Below, one piece after another: positions 17,606-26,785 of a stretch of DNA of 50,326 nucleotides. The notes beneath the pieces are model-generated. The model was not told the origin of the DNA and did not search any database. It worked only from the letters and a program-made list of their open reading frames with translations. Each line of letters opens with the position of its first letter. The stretch's first letter is position 1. A program made the translations under genes and the position numbers. The DNA is taken from positions 1-50,326 of the IMG/VR virus record IMGVR_UViG_3300016643_000322. The stretch is one strand, 5' to 3'. The stretch comes from a virus. Taxonomy: Duplodnaviria > Caudoviricetes.

Positions 17606-19564
17606 TCAATATTTTATGCACATTAGTCGCGCAGTGCTGCGCGGGCGGGCTTCGCTTCCCCCGGAGGAGGATGTTGCGTACTGAACCTGTCCGGGCGTCA
17701 CCCCTGCGATACCCGTTGGACTGAGACCGTAGTTGGTACTGTGTATGGCGCCATACAGGTGGTTATGGTCCTTGTTTTGGGAATCTTGCCAACTTCCGAC
17801 AGCCCGTCCCGGATCAATACCCCTGCCATCGTCGGCACCTCGAATGAATTCGCCACGACTGTCAGGCAAGTTGAATGTGGTGCTGCCGTCTCCAGCGCCA
17901 TAGGTTGTACCGATTGCAGCAAACAGGTTTGCGTACGCGGTTCGGGAAACCGCTGCACCATTTTCTTTGAGGAAACCCGTAGGTACGCCGGGGCCAGCGA
18001 AAGCAATCGTAGTCCCGGGTGGGAGGATTGTATTTGGGTCAAGATTGCCGGTATGCCACAGCTTGCGGGTGTTACCCCAGACGCCATTCGAACGGCCGCC
18101 GCGTACGTAAATGTCCGGCTCGACCAACCCCTGTCGAAAGCCAATCTGGCCGGCATATCCTGTGTTGCCATAGGGGATATTGACCAGCCCAACGTTGTTT
18201 GCAAAGCCGGTTCCGCCATCACCGTAATAGTAAAATCCGCCAGGCAGACCAACCGTATCAATTGCTGTCATTGGTGCGGCAGTCGCGCCTAATCCGTATT
18301 GACCGACTGCCAACGCATCAGTGATGCCATAGCCGGCAAGAGTGGTCGCCTTTGCTGCTTTACCGTTGAGCGCGGTCAAAATGGTGGTCGAAAAATTTGG
18401 ATCATTTCCCAGGGCAGTAGCCAGCTCCTTGAGCGTATCGAGTGCCCCTGGTGCTCCGTCCATTACTGCAGTGATGGCGTCTTGCACAGCCTTTTGCACG
18501 AAGGCTGTGTTGGCTAACAATGCATTGTTGGAACCAGCGGGAGCCGTGGGGCAGCCCGGCGCGCCGGTAAATAAAGGGCTTGCCAAGGGAGCCTTAAGAT
18601 TTAGCGCACTATCAACTTGTGTCGTGGTGTAGGCGTTGGTTATGCCGTAGCCCGCCAGGCTAGTGGCCTTGTTGGCTTTAGTCGCGGGATCGAAGTTACC
18701 GGTGTGCCAAAGCTCGCGAGTTGCGGTCCAGACATTGGCTGCTTTACCGCCACGTACCAAAATTCTAGGTTCTGTGTTGCCTTGTTCAAACGCAATCTGA
18801 CCTGCGTATGAATCAGCGCCGTAGGGAATATTCACCAGGCCAAGGTTGTTGCCGAAGGTACTCTGGCCCGCACCGAAGTAATAAAAGCCGCCTGGTAAAC
18901 CAATCGTATCAATGGCCGCAGGGGGAGCAGTTGTGCCACCTAAACCGTGCTGGCCTTTGACAATGCCGTCGGTGATCCCGAATCCGTTCAATGTGGTTGG
19001 GTTTCGGCCAGAGACCACAACACCTCGTTTGTCTGTGGTTACTTGAAACCAGGTACCAGGCGCTTTATTTGGAGGCAGCACTGCTTCGATAGACAGGTCC
19101 ACATACTCTCGCGTTGCCAGAACAATCGCAGGATCGATCTTCAACACCACGTTGGCGATGCTGGAAACGATCAGGTTCATCCGAATGATCTGTGTCCGCC
19201 CGGAGCCTTGGTTTGTCAGCGGCTTATACGTACCTGGGCAGTTGGCAACCGCGACCAAGTCGCCGTCCTGGTCATACAAGCCCAGCTCCCGTATCCAGAA
19301 TCCACCGACGCTCTCCGGGATGACCTGCTCAGCGATGATCACACCGGGGTTTTTCGGGTCTGGCTTGAGCTGGTTGAGCGGCGCCCGCCGACGCTCGTTG
19401 ATCAGCCTGGTCTGCAGGCGATCCGGGATGGGGTCAATGCCGTTAGCGTCACCCACTGCCATCTGTGCGAACGTCCAAGGAATACCCAAGGCGTCAGCGT
19501 TTGCCTGTTTGGCCTCGCCGACAGCGGTGAGAATGGCTTGAAACTGGCTGTTCTGGTCGTTCAT
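17606..19564 (-). CDS. H: Tail fibre protein with duplicated knob-like domain and C-terminal collar domain
   Basis: P2 H-type N-terminus (GGFWIRELGLYD, LATREYVD); collar NGAAVSRTAYANLFAAIGT..FNLPDSRGEFIRG. Confidence 0.92.
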   Translation of the reverse strand: MNDQNSQFQAILTAVGEAKQANADALGIPWTFAQMAVGDANGIDPIPDRLQTRLINERRRAPLNQLKPDPKNPGVIIAEQVIPESVGGFWIRELGLYDQDGDLVAVANCPGTYKPLTNQGSGRTQIIRMNLIVSSIANVVLKIDPAIVLATREYVDLSIEAVLPPNKAPGTWFQVTTDKRGVVVSGRNPTTLNGFGITDGIVKGQHGLGGTTAPPAAIDTIGLPGGFYYFGAGQSTFGNNLGLVNIPYGADSYAGQIAFEQGNTEPRILVRGGKAANVWTATRELWHTGNFDPATKANKATSLAGYGITNAYTTTQVDSALNLKAPLASPLFTGAPGCPTAPAGSNNALLANTAFVQKAVQDAITAVMDGAPGALDTLKELATALGNDPNFSTTILTALNGKAAKATTLAGYGITDALAVGQYGLGATAAPMTAIDTVGLPGGFYYYGDGGTGFANNVGLVNIPYGNTGYAGQIGFRQGLVEPDIYVRGGRSNGVWGNTRKLWHTGNLDPNTILPPGTTIAFAGPGVPTGFLKENGAAVSRTAYANLFAAIGTTYGAGDGSTTFNLPDSRGEFIRGADDGRGIDPGRAVGSWQDSQNKDHNHLYGAIHSTNYGLSPTGIAGVTPGQVQYATSSSGGSEARPRSTARLMCIKY

Positions 19565-20181
19565 GGGAGGATGTCCATTGTATCAATGTGGTGTTCACGG
19601 CCACCCAGGCGCAGATAACCGCTCACCTCGATATCGCGTTGGGTCGGAGGGTAAACGCTGAGTTCGTCGCCTTCGGTGACGCAGGCTCCGATGTAAAAGC
19701 TGCCCGTGGTTTCCAGGCTGATGGCGAGGCCGGTTAGGTGACGGCTCCGGGGTTTGGCGTCATCGATCAAGAAGGTGAGTTCCTGGTACATCTCTTCGGT
19801 GATGCCGGTATCGAGTACGCCAACCTTGAGCTTGAAGGTTCCGGGTATGGCCTCCGGTACTTCCTGCCACCATTCGATTATTTCGATCAGATAGCCCAGC
19901 GGCTCCACGACCCTACGTAGTGCCCCGACGGTGCCCTTGCGCGAGTGGATGTAATACGCGGAACGCACGGCCGCCCGCTTGGTCGGCTCCGACCAGGCGC
20001 TGTCCCAGCGGTCGACTGAAAACGACCATGCCAGGTAGGGCAGCACAGCAAGCGGGCACTGGTCAGGGTTCCATAACAGACGCAGCGGGATCGGTACCCG
20101 CTGGATCTGCGCCAACGCCACAGCGGCCTGTCGCTCCAGTGGTGTCGAGTTGACTGGAAGAAGATGTTGGGCGCCCATCAC
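19561..20181 (-). CDS. I: Tail protein I
   Basis: LWNPDQCP..LPYLAWSFSVDRWD..KGTVGALRR. Confidence 0.92.
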   Translation of the reverse strand: MMGAQHLLPVNSTPLERQAAVALAQIQRVPIPLRLLWNPDQCPLAVLPYLAWSFSVDRWDSAWSEPTKRAAVRSAYYIHSRKGTVGALRRVVEPLGYLIEIIEWWQEVPEAIPGTFKLKVGVLDTGITEEMYQELTFLIDDAKPRSRHLTGLAISLETTGSFYIGACVTEGDELSVYPPTQRDIEVSGYLRLGGREHHIDTMDILP

Positions 20182-21089
20182 TGCACCACAACCGCGATTT
20201 GGATATCAGTGCAGTACGGCGCCTGGTAAGGCGTGGCGGCGATATCGTTCCAGTTCACCAACTCGACCTTGCGTACACCTTCGACGTGTAGCGCGGCGTG
20301 GACTGCAGACTCTGAAACCTCCATGCCGAGTCGGCGGCGTTGATGTACGTAGGCGCGTAGCCGCTGCTCGGCGGCGATGCGCGCAGGTTCGGTTTCAGGC
20401 CCGCTGGTGAGCAGGTGGAGCTTGGCGTTGACCTGGTAGCGAAGGATTTGCGCGGCCTGAACCGTGAGCCGATCCGCCACAGGGCGGCGGTCTTCACCGC
20501 TGAGGTACTTGTCGACCACAGCCAACAGATCCGGCTCAGCGGTGCCGTCAGGCTGCATACCTTGCACTGTCACCACTACGACCGCTGGTGAGGGGCTTTC
20601 CGCTGTGGCGTCCGCCACTCGCCCGTCCGCCGCACGGGCGTGAAAGATGTAGCTGTTTTGCGGTCCGGCAGTGCTTAAGCCTTCCCACGCCATCTGCGCG
20701 CGTTCGCGCAGGCTGTCATCAGTTTCCATCAGTTGTGGAATGGGCGGCGTTGTGGTGGGGTCACCTGCTTGAATCACAAGCTTTTTGACGTTGAAGTTTG
20801 CCGCCAGATTCTCCAAATCACTGCCCTGGGCAAGCGCGAGTAAGTTGGCTGTGGCTGCCTCGTTCACACGCTGCCGCCAGATCGTTTCGCGGTAGGCGTT
20901 CTCCTCAAGCAGCTTGGTCAGCGGCTCTGACTCCATTTCCAGGCGGGCCGCAATTTCGGCTTGTTCCTCGACCGGCCAAAGACTGATGGCGTAAGTCTTG
21001 CGTTCTGCAAGGATCTGCTCGTAATCGATCTGCTCAACGATCTGCGGGGCAGGTAAAAGGCTCAGGTCGATGGCTGCGAAGGTGTTCAT
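20178..21089 (-). CDS. J: Baseplate protein J
   Basis: IDLSLLPAPQIVE..ESEPLTKLLEENAYRE..STAGP. Confidence 0.93.
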   Translation of the reverse strand: MNTFAAIDLSLLPAPQIVEQIDYEQILAERKTYAISLWPVEEQAEIAARLEMESEPLTKLLEENAYRETIWRQRVNEAATANLLALAQGSDLENLAANFNVKKLVIQAGDPTTTPPIPQLMETDDSLRERAQMAWEGLSTAGPQNSYIFHARAADGRVADATAESPSPAVVVVTVQGMQPDGTAEPDLLAVVDKYLSGEDRRPVADRLTVQAAQILRYQVNAKLHLLTSGPETEPARIAAEQRLRAYVHQRRRLGMEVSESAVHAALHVEGVRKVELVNWNDIAATPYQAPYCTDIQIAVVVQ

Positions 21090-21430
21090 ACACTGCCTCC
21101 CAGTTGCAAGGGCAGGCTCATGCTGAACTGCTCATTCGTATCGACCACACTGCCCTCCAGCTCCAACACCGACTGACCTTGCAGGTTGGTGCCGAGGAAT
21201 TGAACGCGGCTCAGGCTTACACGATGTTCCCAGCGCATGAGTGCCATGACTACGCCCGAGTAAACCCGTAGGCGCGTTACGTCGTTGAACGGATGGTCTA
21301 CCAGTTCGGGCAGCAGGCTCCCGTATTCGCGGCGCATGACGCGGGTACCGATGCGGGTGGTGAGAATGTCGGTCATGCCCTGGGCTATGTGATCCAGAGT
21401 GCCGATTGCGGCGCCGGTTTCGCGGTTCAT
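21086..21430 (-). CDS. W: Baseplate wedge protein W (gp25-like)
   Basis: DILTTRIGTRVMRREYGSLLPELVD. Confidence 0.92.
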   Translation of the reverse strand: MNRETGAAIGTLDHIAQGMTDILTTRIGTRVMRREYGSLLPELVDHPFNDVTRLRVYSGVVMALMRWEHRVSLSRVQFLGTNLQGQSVLELEGSVVDTNEQFSMSLPLQLGGSV

Positions 21431-21999
21431 TCTGGTTTCCCCGTCTTGCCGTTGCCTGGCATCACGCCGCCGTGCTCGTGTTCGACCAGGCTGATGCCGG
21501 CCGCGATCACGTCGGTTGTGACGGTGACGGTGCCAGTGACGTTCTGGTTGCCGGTTTGGGTGTAGTCGCCCTGGTGCGTGATTGGGCCGACTATGTTGAT
21601 GCCGCCCGTGCTGATCAGGTTGGTGGTGCCGCCTTCGGCAAGTGTGACGTTTAGGTGATGTGCGACGCTGTCGTATTCGATTACCGTGCCGTCGGCGTAG
21701 GTGCGACGGTGCAGACCGGGGCGGTTGCCGTTAGCAGGGATGTGGTCACTGGGTAGGCCAGTGATGACGACGCCATTGGCGAGTTGGCCGGACGGACTGA
21801 ACAGGATTACCTGCTCGTCGATGGTCGGTGGGTCCCACTCGCGGTCTGATCCGGCGCGCAGGGCCAGCCATGGCAGCCAGGCGGTGGTCAGTGCTCCGGT
21901 TTTTACCTGTACGCGCGGAGGCTCCATCTGCACGGCGGCGATGACGCCGAAGCGGATGAGGTTTTCGAGCATGCGGGATAGGGCGGCGAGGTCGTTCAT
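21427..21999 (-). CDS. V: Baseplate spike protein V
   Basis: NLIRFGVI..WLPWLALRAG..C-terminal HEH iron motif. Confidence 0.92.
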   Translation of the reverse strand: MNDLAALSRMLENLIRFGVIAAVQMEPPRVQVKTGALTTAWLPWLALRAGSDREWDPPTIDEQVILFSPSGQLANGVVITGLPSDHIPANGNRPGLHRRTYADGTVIEYDSVAHHLNVTLAEGGTTNLISTGGINIVGPITHQGDYTQTGNQNVTGTVTVTTDVIAAGISLVEHEHGGVMPGNGKTGKPE

Positions 22000-22010
22000 G
22001 GGGCTGATAG

Positions 22011-22066
22011 TGGCGTTGCGCGTGCGAAGCCGCATGCTTTTAGTCTTGTAAGGTTCGCCACTACAA
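22011..22066 (-). promoter_or_regulatory. Late promoter element for V operon
   Basis: TTGTA-N11-TACAA at 22046-22066 plus GC-rich block. Confidence 0.65.
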
Positions 22067-22138
22067 TCTAGATTCAGAGCTGAACGATTCACAGATAAAA
22101 TACTAATTCTCGCGCCTGTTTGTTTTCGGAGTGTACAT

Positions 22139-22834
22139 ATGACTGATAGAAGTAAAAGGTTGATTGGCAAGGTCAAAAAGAAAGCGGAAGACTTTGATCT
22201 TGCTGAGTATGTTGAGGCGATGGTGGATGCTACTTCTGATAGCGAGGTATTCAAGGCAATACCTTTTGTCTCAACAGTAACTGGTGTTGTGAAGACCTAT
22301 CTCCAATTTAAAGAGGGTAAGTTCAAGAAAAAAGTTGAGATTTTTACCGAGGCGGCGGGAAATTTTACGGATGATGAGTGGGATAAGTTTTATACGGATT
22401 TGAACGATGAGGGGAAAGAAGATGACTTTGTAAGCGAGCTTTTGGAGATAATTGAAAGAGTAGATGAGGAGCAAAAGGCTAAAATAATTGGTGGAATATT
22501 TCGCCGACTTGTAAAGCGAGAAATCACTTATTCTCAGTTTGAAGATCAAGTGCAAACCACAATAGCGCTGCAAGTTATGAATATACATTTTTTTATGCAT
22601 GGGTATCATAATGAATACATTTTGGAAGAATCGTTAGGCGACATAATGACAGCGCAGCGAGTGTTGAAACGTAAAATTGAATTGGCTTTTCGAACTATCA
22701 ATATAGGCGCGCAAAAACAAGAGCAATATATTAAGGTTGGTTATGCTTTGACTGCTTTTGGTGGGGCTTATTTGACTACGTTGCATCAAGTGTACAAAGA
22801 TAAAATTCAGCCTGATCATTTGTATGCTGGATGA
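22139..22834 (+). CDS. AT-rich moron, hypothetical protein (possibly Abi-alpha/DUF4393-like)
   Basis: 231-aa ORF antisense to late genes, sharply AT-richer than flanks. Confidence 0.8.
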   Translation: MTDRSKRLIGKVKKKAEDFDLAEYVEAMVDATSDSEVFKAIPFVSTVTGVVKTYLQFKEGKFKKKVEIFTEAAGNFTDDEWDKFYTDLNDEGKEDDFVSELLEIIERVDEEQKAKIIGGIFRRLVKREITYSQFEDQVQTTIALQVMNIHFFMHGYHNEYILEESLGDIMTAQRVLKRKIELAFRTINIGAQKQEQYIKVGYALTAFGGAYLTTLHQVYKDKIQPDHLYAG

Positions 22835-22844
22835 AGTTATGTCA

Positions 22845-23300
22845 TCAGGTCAAGCGACTGATCAGGTTGTCGCGTATTAATTCAATATCTGCTTCAGAAA
22901 AGCCTAAAATTTCACGCTGTTCGTAACTTGTCTCCGGAGCGCCTCGTTCAGCACGATCCTTTAACCCGTACTGGTGAACCCTAGCGATTCTGGCGATACG
23001 CCCAGTGAAGCCTACGGTAACGGCATTGCTGTCACCTCGAACCTTCAGATAACTAGCTGTCCGCAGCTTTTTGAACATCGCAAGCTTCCTTCGGATACGC
23101 CCCTGTTTTCCGCGCAGACTCCGTTTTCTTCGTGGGGCGAACTTGGTCCCATCAGGATTTTCCTGGGCGATTACCCGTTTTTGCTGACTCCGACGCAGCT
23201 CCTGCCCGATGTTCTGGGCAAGCTTACTGCGCGCACCAGGCTCTAGCCGCTCCAGAAGTACTGCCGCCCAAGTCTCCAGCGCCTCCAGATCACTTGCCAT
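22845..23300 (-). CDS. S: Tail completion protein S
   Basis: QENPDGTKFAPRR..IARVHQYGL..REILGF. Confidence 0.9.
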   Translation of the reverse strand: MASDLEALETWAAVLLERLEPGARSKLAQNIGQELRRSQQKRVIAQENPDGTKFAPRRKRSLRGKQGRIRRKLAMFKKLRTASYLKVRGDSNAVTVGFTGRIARIARVHQYGLKDRAERGAPETSYEQREILGFSEADIELIRDNLISRLT

Positions 23301-23772
23301 CAGGCACTATCCATTCACTGATATTGCCCTGGGCCCCAGGCTTCCAGTTTGGATCGAGGTAGCCCGCCACGTACTGTGGTTCGTTGGGGTGCTTCACAGT
23401 TGTGTTGCCCTGGTCATCCTGGCCCACGACTACTTTCTCTGTTAGCGCGAGGGTGATGCTGAGGTCCACTTTGCTTTTGTCGAGGATGTCTGCTTCGAAC
23501 TGAATGCCGTCTTTGACCTTGTTGAGGTTCTCCAGCAGCTCGGATTGGTTGACGCTGAGCCAGCCCAGAATTGGCAGAATTACGCTATCAGGGTGGCCGG
23601 CGAACTCGGTGAGGATGATCTGCAGGTCAAAGCTGTATTCAAACGACAGAGTGTTTGCGGCGGTGCACCGGACCTTGCCATTGTCGATGAAAATCAGAAG
23701 GCGATCAGGGTCGTATTTGAATTCGGATACGGTTGCCAACAGGTGGGCGCGTAGGCTTTCGGCTTTGTTCAT
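23290..23772 (-). CDS. R: Tail completion protein R
   Basis: MNKAESLRAHL..PDRLLIFIDNG..LSFEYSF. Confidence 0.9.
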   Translation of the reverse strand: MNKAESLRAHLLATVSEFKYDPDRLLIFIDNGKVRCTAANTLSFEYSFDLQIILTEFAGHPDSVILPILGWLSVNQSELLENLNKVKDGIQFEADILDKSKVDLSITLALTEKVVVGQDDQGNTTVKHPNEPQYVAGYLDPNWKPGAQGNISEWIVPDGK

Positions 23773-24026
23773 GGGTTGGCCTGCTGGTATTTGTAGATCA
23801 TGTCGACCTGGGCGGCGCAATCGGCCCAGGCGGCTTCGACGCGGTCTTCATCGGTGAGCAGGTCGCCGTTATTGGCTGGGCTTGTCGTCGGCAACTGGCA
23901 CGGCACCACGGCCGGACAGCCAGTCACGGTAAGCTGCGGCGCTGGTGAGGGCGGGGCGCTCGCGCAGCCGGCGAGCAACGTCAGGCAAAGGCTGAGCAGC
24001 CCAGTCGCGTAGTTCGTCGTTTTCAC
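23769..24026 (-). CDS. lysC: o-spanin lipoprotein (Rz1-like)
   Basis: Lipobox LLAGC, Pro-rich linker, overlaps lysB in another frame. Confidence 0.85.
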   Translation of the reverse strand: MKTTNYATGLLSLCLTLLAGCASAPPSPAPQLTVTGCPAVVPCQLPTTSPANNGDLLTDEDRVEAAWADCAAQVDMIYKYQQANP

Positions 24027-24312
24027 GTTTCAGTTCCTCTATGGTTCGTGCGCGCTTTGCCAGGGCCTGGCGCAGTTGATCCTGCTGGGCGCGCAGAGTT
24101 GACTGGTTTTCGCGTTCTTGCTTCAGGGTGGCGGCTAGCGTGGTGGCGGTCGCCAGATTGCGGTCGGCATCTTCGCGGGCCGTCTTGGCCGCACTCTTTG
24201 CCAGGTCTGTTTGGCTTTCGGCGGTATTGATGCGCTGTTGCTGGCCCCAGATCAGCAGCGCCAGGGCACCGAGCAGGGCAACGCCGTACAGGGCCTGGCG
24301 CAGGGTGCTCAC
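23869..24312 (-). CDS. lysB: i-spanin (Rz-like)
   Basis: N-terminal TM, coiled coil, ENDELRDWAAQPLPDV. Confidence 0.85.
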   Translation of the reverse strand: MSTLRQALYGVALLGALALLIWGQQQRINTAESQTDLAKSAAKTAREDADRNLATATTLAATLKQERENQSTLRAQQDQLRQALAKRARTIEELKRENDELRDWAAQPLPDVARRLRERPALTSAAAYRDWLSGRGAVPVADDKPSQ

Positions 24313-24512
24313 GCGCGGTACCAGCCGAGTTTGTTCATGGCTGCGGCGTCGAGTTGCTTGATCGGGCCGCGTACGATCACGGCCCTGGCGTTGTTCATCA
24401 GCTGGATGCACTCGGCCAGCCGAAGCATGTCGTCTTGTTCGGTCGATTCCGGGACCACCAGCAGATCCCCGTCCCGCACGCGGAGTTTCTTCACTGCTTC
24501 GAAGTCAATCAT
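24309..24512 (-). CDS. Small hypothetical protein in lysis cassette
   Basis: Start/stop overlaps on both sides. Confidence 0.65.
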   Translation of the reverse strand: MIDFEAVKKLRVRDGDLLVVPESTEQDDMLRLAECIQLMNNARAVIVRGPIKQLDAAAMNKLGWYRA

Positions 24513-25354
24513 GCCGCCACCCCTTGTCCGCACTCACAGCCAGCGTGCCGCTCGTAGGCGCGCTGCATCTTGGTGTCGTAAAGATTCCTCAGGTAATCCG
24601 GCCCGTTGTAGAGCCGGGCAAACTCGGCCCATTTGCGGGCTTTCAGCGCCTTGTGCAGCACCGGGTCGGTTTCAATGAAGCGCGTGAAAGCGTCGAACTG
24701 CTGCGATTCGCCGGCACTCATCGCCGCCACGAAGGCCTGCACGCTCGCGTAGCCAAGGCGCTCCCAGTGATAACCCATGATCTGGAAAGCGCCCCAGGAT
24801 GCGGATTCAAGTGCGGCCGTGTCGTCGATCAGGCGGGCCATGGCTAGGCGTTGGTGCTCGGCGGTACCGCCGATATAGCCACCGGCCTTCGGGTTTACCA
24901 GGGCGGGGATGGTCGCGGCGAGTTCATCGGCATGGCGCTTGATCTCTGCAGGGTCATCACCCGTGTGTCGAACCTTGCCGAGCTGGCGGTACATAACGTG
25001 CCGTTCGAACAGGATCACCGGCTTGCCGTTGTCGAGGAAGCCTTTGCCCTTGGACTCGACTTCGTTGACCGCGTAGATGCTTGCCAGCGGCACGTCCAGG
25101 CGTTCGGCTGCGGCCACCAGGTCGCTGTTGCGAAGCAACTGAGCGCAGTCACCGCCGGCCAGGCTGGCCTGGGTCTTGGTTCCGGCAACGCCATCGGCTA
25201 CCAGACCAACTTTCATCTGGTACGCACGGACGGCCGTCTCTGTGGCGTCACCATAGTGGCCGTCAGGCACCAGTTTGGCGCCGTGCCTGTTGAGGTTTTT
25301 TTGCAGGATAAGCACCGCCTGCGAGCGGTCGCCGTGGCGAAGGGTGGTGGTCAT
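24509..25354 (-). CDS. Modular endolysin: peptidoglycan-binding + N-acetylmuramidase (DUF3380-type)
   Basis: DGHYGDATETAVRAYQ..DGVAG; AVNEVES..ILFERH; SWGAFQIMG; FARLYNGP. Confidence 0.9.
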   Translation of the reverse strand: MTTTLRHGDRSQAVLILQKNLNRHGAKLVPDGHYGDATETAVRAYQMKVGLVADGVAGTKTQASLAGGDCAQLLRNSDLVAAAERLDVPLASIYAVNEVESKGKGFLDNGKPVILFERHVMYRQLGKVRHTGDDPAEIKRHADELAATIPALVNPKAGGYIGGTAEHQRLAMARLIDDTAALESASWGAFQIMGYHWERLGYASVQAFVAAMSAGESQQFDAFTRFIETDPVLHKALKARKWAEFARLYNGPDYLRNLYDTKMQRAYERHAGCECGQGVAA

Positions 25355-25629
25355 GCGCTGGGCCTCAGCAGGGCGGCGACGTTGCCGCGTGAACGGAAAA
25401 TCAGGGTGCAGAGCAATACGATGGAGACGGCTTGCCAGAGGCTGGTGGGCTGGCGGTACAGCAGTATTTCCAGACCGCAGATGCACAGCGCGGAGCCGAA
25501 GAGGCTGGCGAGTAGTGAGATGCTGCGCCGGTACCGGGATGCGCCTCGGGTGTAGCAGGCCAACCGGAAGGCGCTCAGCAAGTAGGCGATTGCCGTGATC
25601 AGTTGCACGGCCAGTTCGATGTTTGGCAT
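25351..25629 (-). CDS. Holin-family membrane protein
   Basis: Three hydrophobic segments, RSRGNVAALL C-terminus. Confidence 0.8.
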   Translation of the reverse strand: MPNIELAVQLITAIAYLLSAFRLACYTRGASRYRRSISLLASLFGSALCICGLEILLYRQPTSLWQAVSIVLLCTLIFRSRGNVAALLRPSA

Positions 25630-25630
25630 G

Positions 25631-25984
25631 TCAGCTGCCCCCTCGGATGCGACGCCAGATGTCCCAGATGTCCGCTTTTTCCACCCACACCATCAGCTTG
25701 ATGCTGATCGGGATGACCACCAGAGCGCAGAGGAACGCGCCGCCGCCACTGGTGATGAACGGGATAGCCTGCAAGGCCATCGGCGCGAACAGATAGCCCA
25801 CGCCGGCCGACAGGAACAGCGAGCCCAACCGCTGCCATACCTTGAGGTCGTGCTTGGTACTGGTCACCAGCCATGCGCCGAGGATCGCGCCAAACAGCGC
25901 TTCGCCGTCGATAATCGGCGTCACGGTTGCCAGGCCCAGGCCCATAAGCAGGCCGGTCACGGCGCTGGAAGTCGGATCAGCCAT
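25631..25984 (-). CDS. Putative holin/antiholin membrane protein
   Basis: MADPTSS start, multiple TM segments, upstream of endolysin. Confidence 0.75.
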   Translation of the reverse strand: MADPTSSAVTGLLMGLGLATVTPIIDGEALFGAILGAWLVTSTKHDLKVWQRLGSLFLSAGVGYLFAPMALQAIPFITSGGGAFLCALVVIPISIKLMVWVEKADIWDIWRRIRGGS

Positions 25985-26011
25985 GGTGTGGGTTTCCTTG
26001 GTTGCAGGGAG

Positions 26012-26224
26012 TCAGTCCCATAGGTTCACCATCTGCCGCTGGGGCGCGCTGGTTTGGGCTTCGGGCATGTTGACGGGGAGGCCGTGCGGCAAGATGGGGC
26101 CGTGTTCAGCCAGGCCGGGGTTCGCCTGTAGCACCGCTTCGGTGACGCCCGCGGTTCGGCCGTAATACCGCCAGCACAGCGCGTCGACGGTTTCGTTTTG
26201 ATTGGCGCGGATGGTGACCGGCAT
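26012..26224 (-). CDS. X: Tail protein X (LysM-like)
   Basis: TVDALCWRYYG..VLQANPGLA..VNLWD. Confidence 0.92.
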   Translation of the reverse strand: MPVTIRANQNETVDALCWRYYGRTAGVTEAVLQANPGLAEHGPILPHGLPVNMPEAQTSAPQRQMVNLWD

Positions 26225-26685
26225 CAGATCAGCTCCACGGTGGTGCGGCTTTTTCCGAGAAAATCACGGACTGCCCAGCGCAGATCGCGGCGGTAGTCGT
26301 CGATGGTGGGTGCAGTTTCTTCTGCCTTGGCATTGCCGGAGTTGGTAGCGCTGTAGTCGCGGTAACGCTCGCACACCTCGGCACCGGTACCGGCTTCGAT
26401 GGCGCGACGGTAGAGGTGGGCCTTTACCGATACGTCCTTGATGCGGTCACCCGGGACGGAGTCCAGCGTTGTATAACCAGCCGCCTGTTGAATGGCGCGC
26501 CAGTCGCTTAACTCACGGTTGAGATTGATGGCGGCAGCGATCACGGCGGTTTCCAGGCGGGCCGGGGTGACACTGGAGTCGATGCGCAGAGTGGCGCGCA
26601 AGTTGTCCAGATCAATCGACGGCCAGAACGGGTCGGTGTTTATGTGGCCGCTGGCGACGGTGCCGCTGGCAACAAATGCGCTCAT
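26224..26685 (-). CDS. L: Head completion protein L
   Basis: FWPSIDL..YRDYSAT..RWAVRDFLG..VELI. Confidence 0.9.
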   Translation of the reverse strand: MSAFVASGTVASGHINTDPFWPSIDLDNLRATLRIDSSVTPARLETAVIAAAINLNRELSDWRAIQQAAGYTTLDSVPGDRIKDVSVKAHLYRRAIEAGTGAEVCERYRDYSATNSGNAKAEETAPTIDDYRRDLRWAVRDFLGKSRTTVELI

Positions 26686-26785
26686 GAGACTGCACTCGAA
26701 AATAGATCGCCGGTGGTCGGGGCTTCACGTTCAGGAGGAGCGGCCTGGCCGATCCGCCCCGAGCCGGCGGGGTGCGTGGGGACGC

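Noticed and set aside
16997-19564. Tail fibre inversion system or diversity-generating retroelement
   Set aside because: No invertase, reverse transcriptase or near-identical template repeat; the duplication is diverged at all base types
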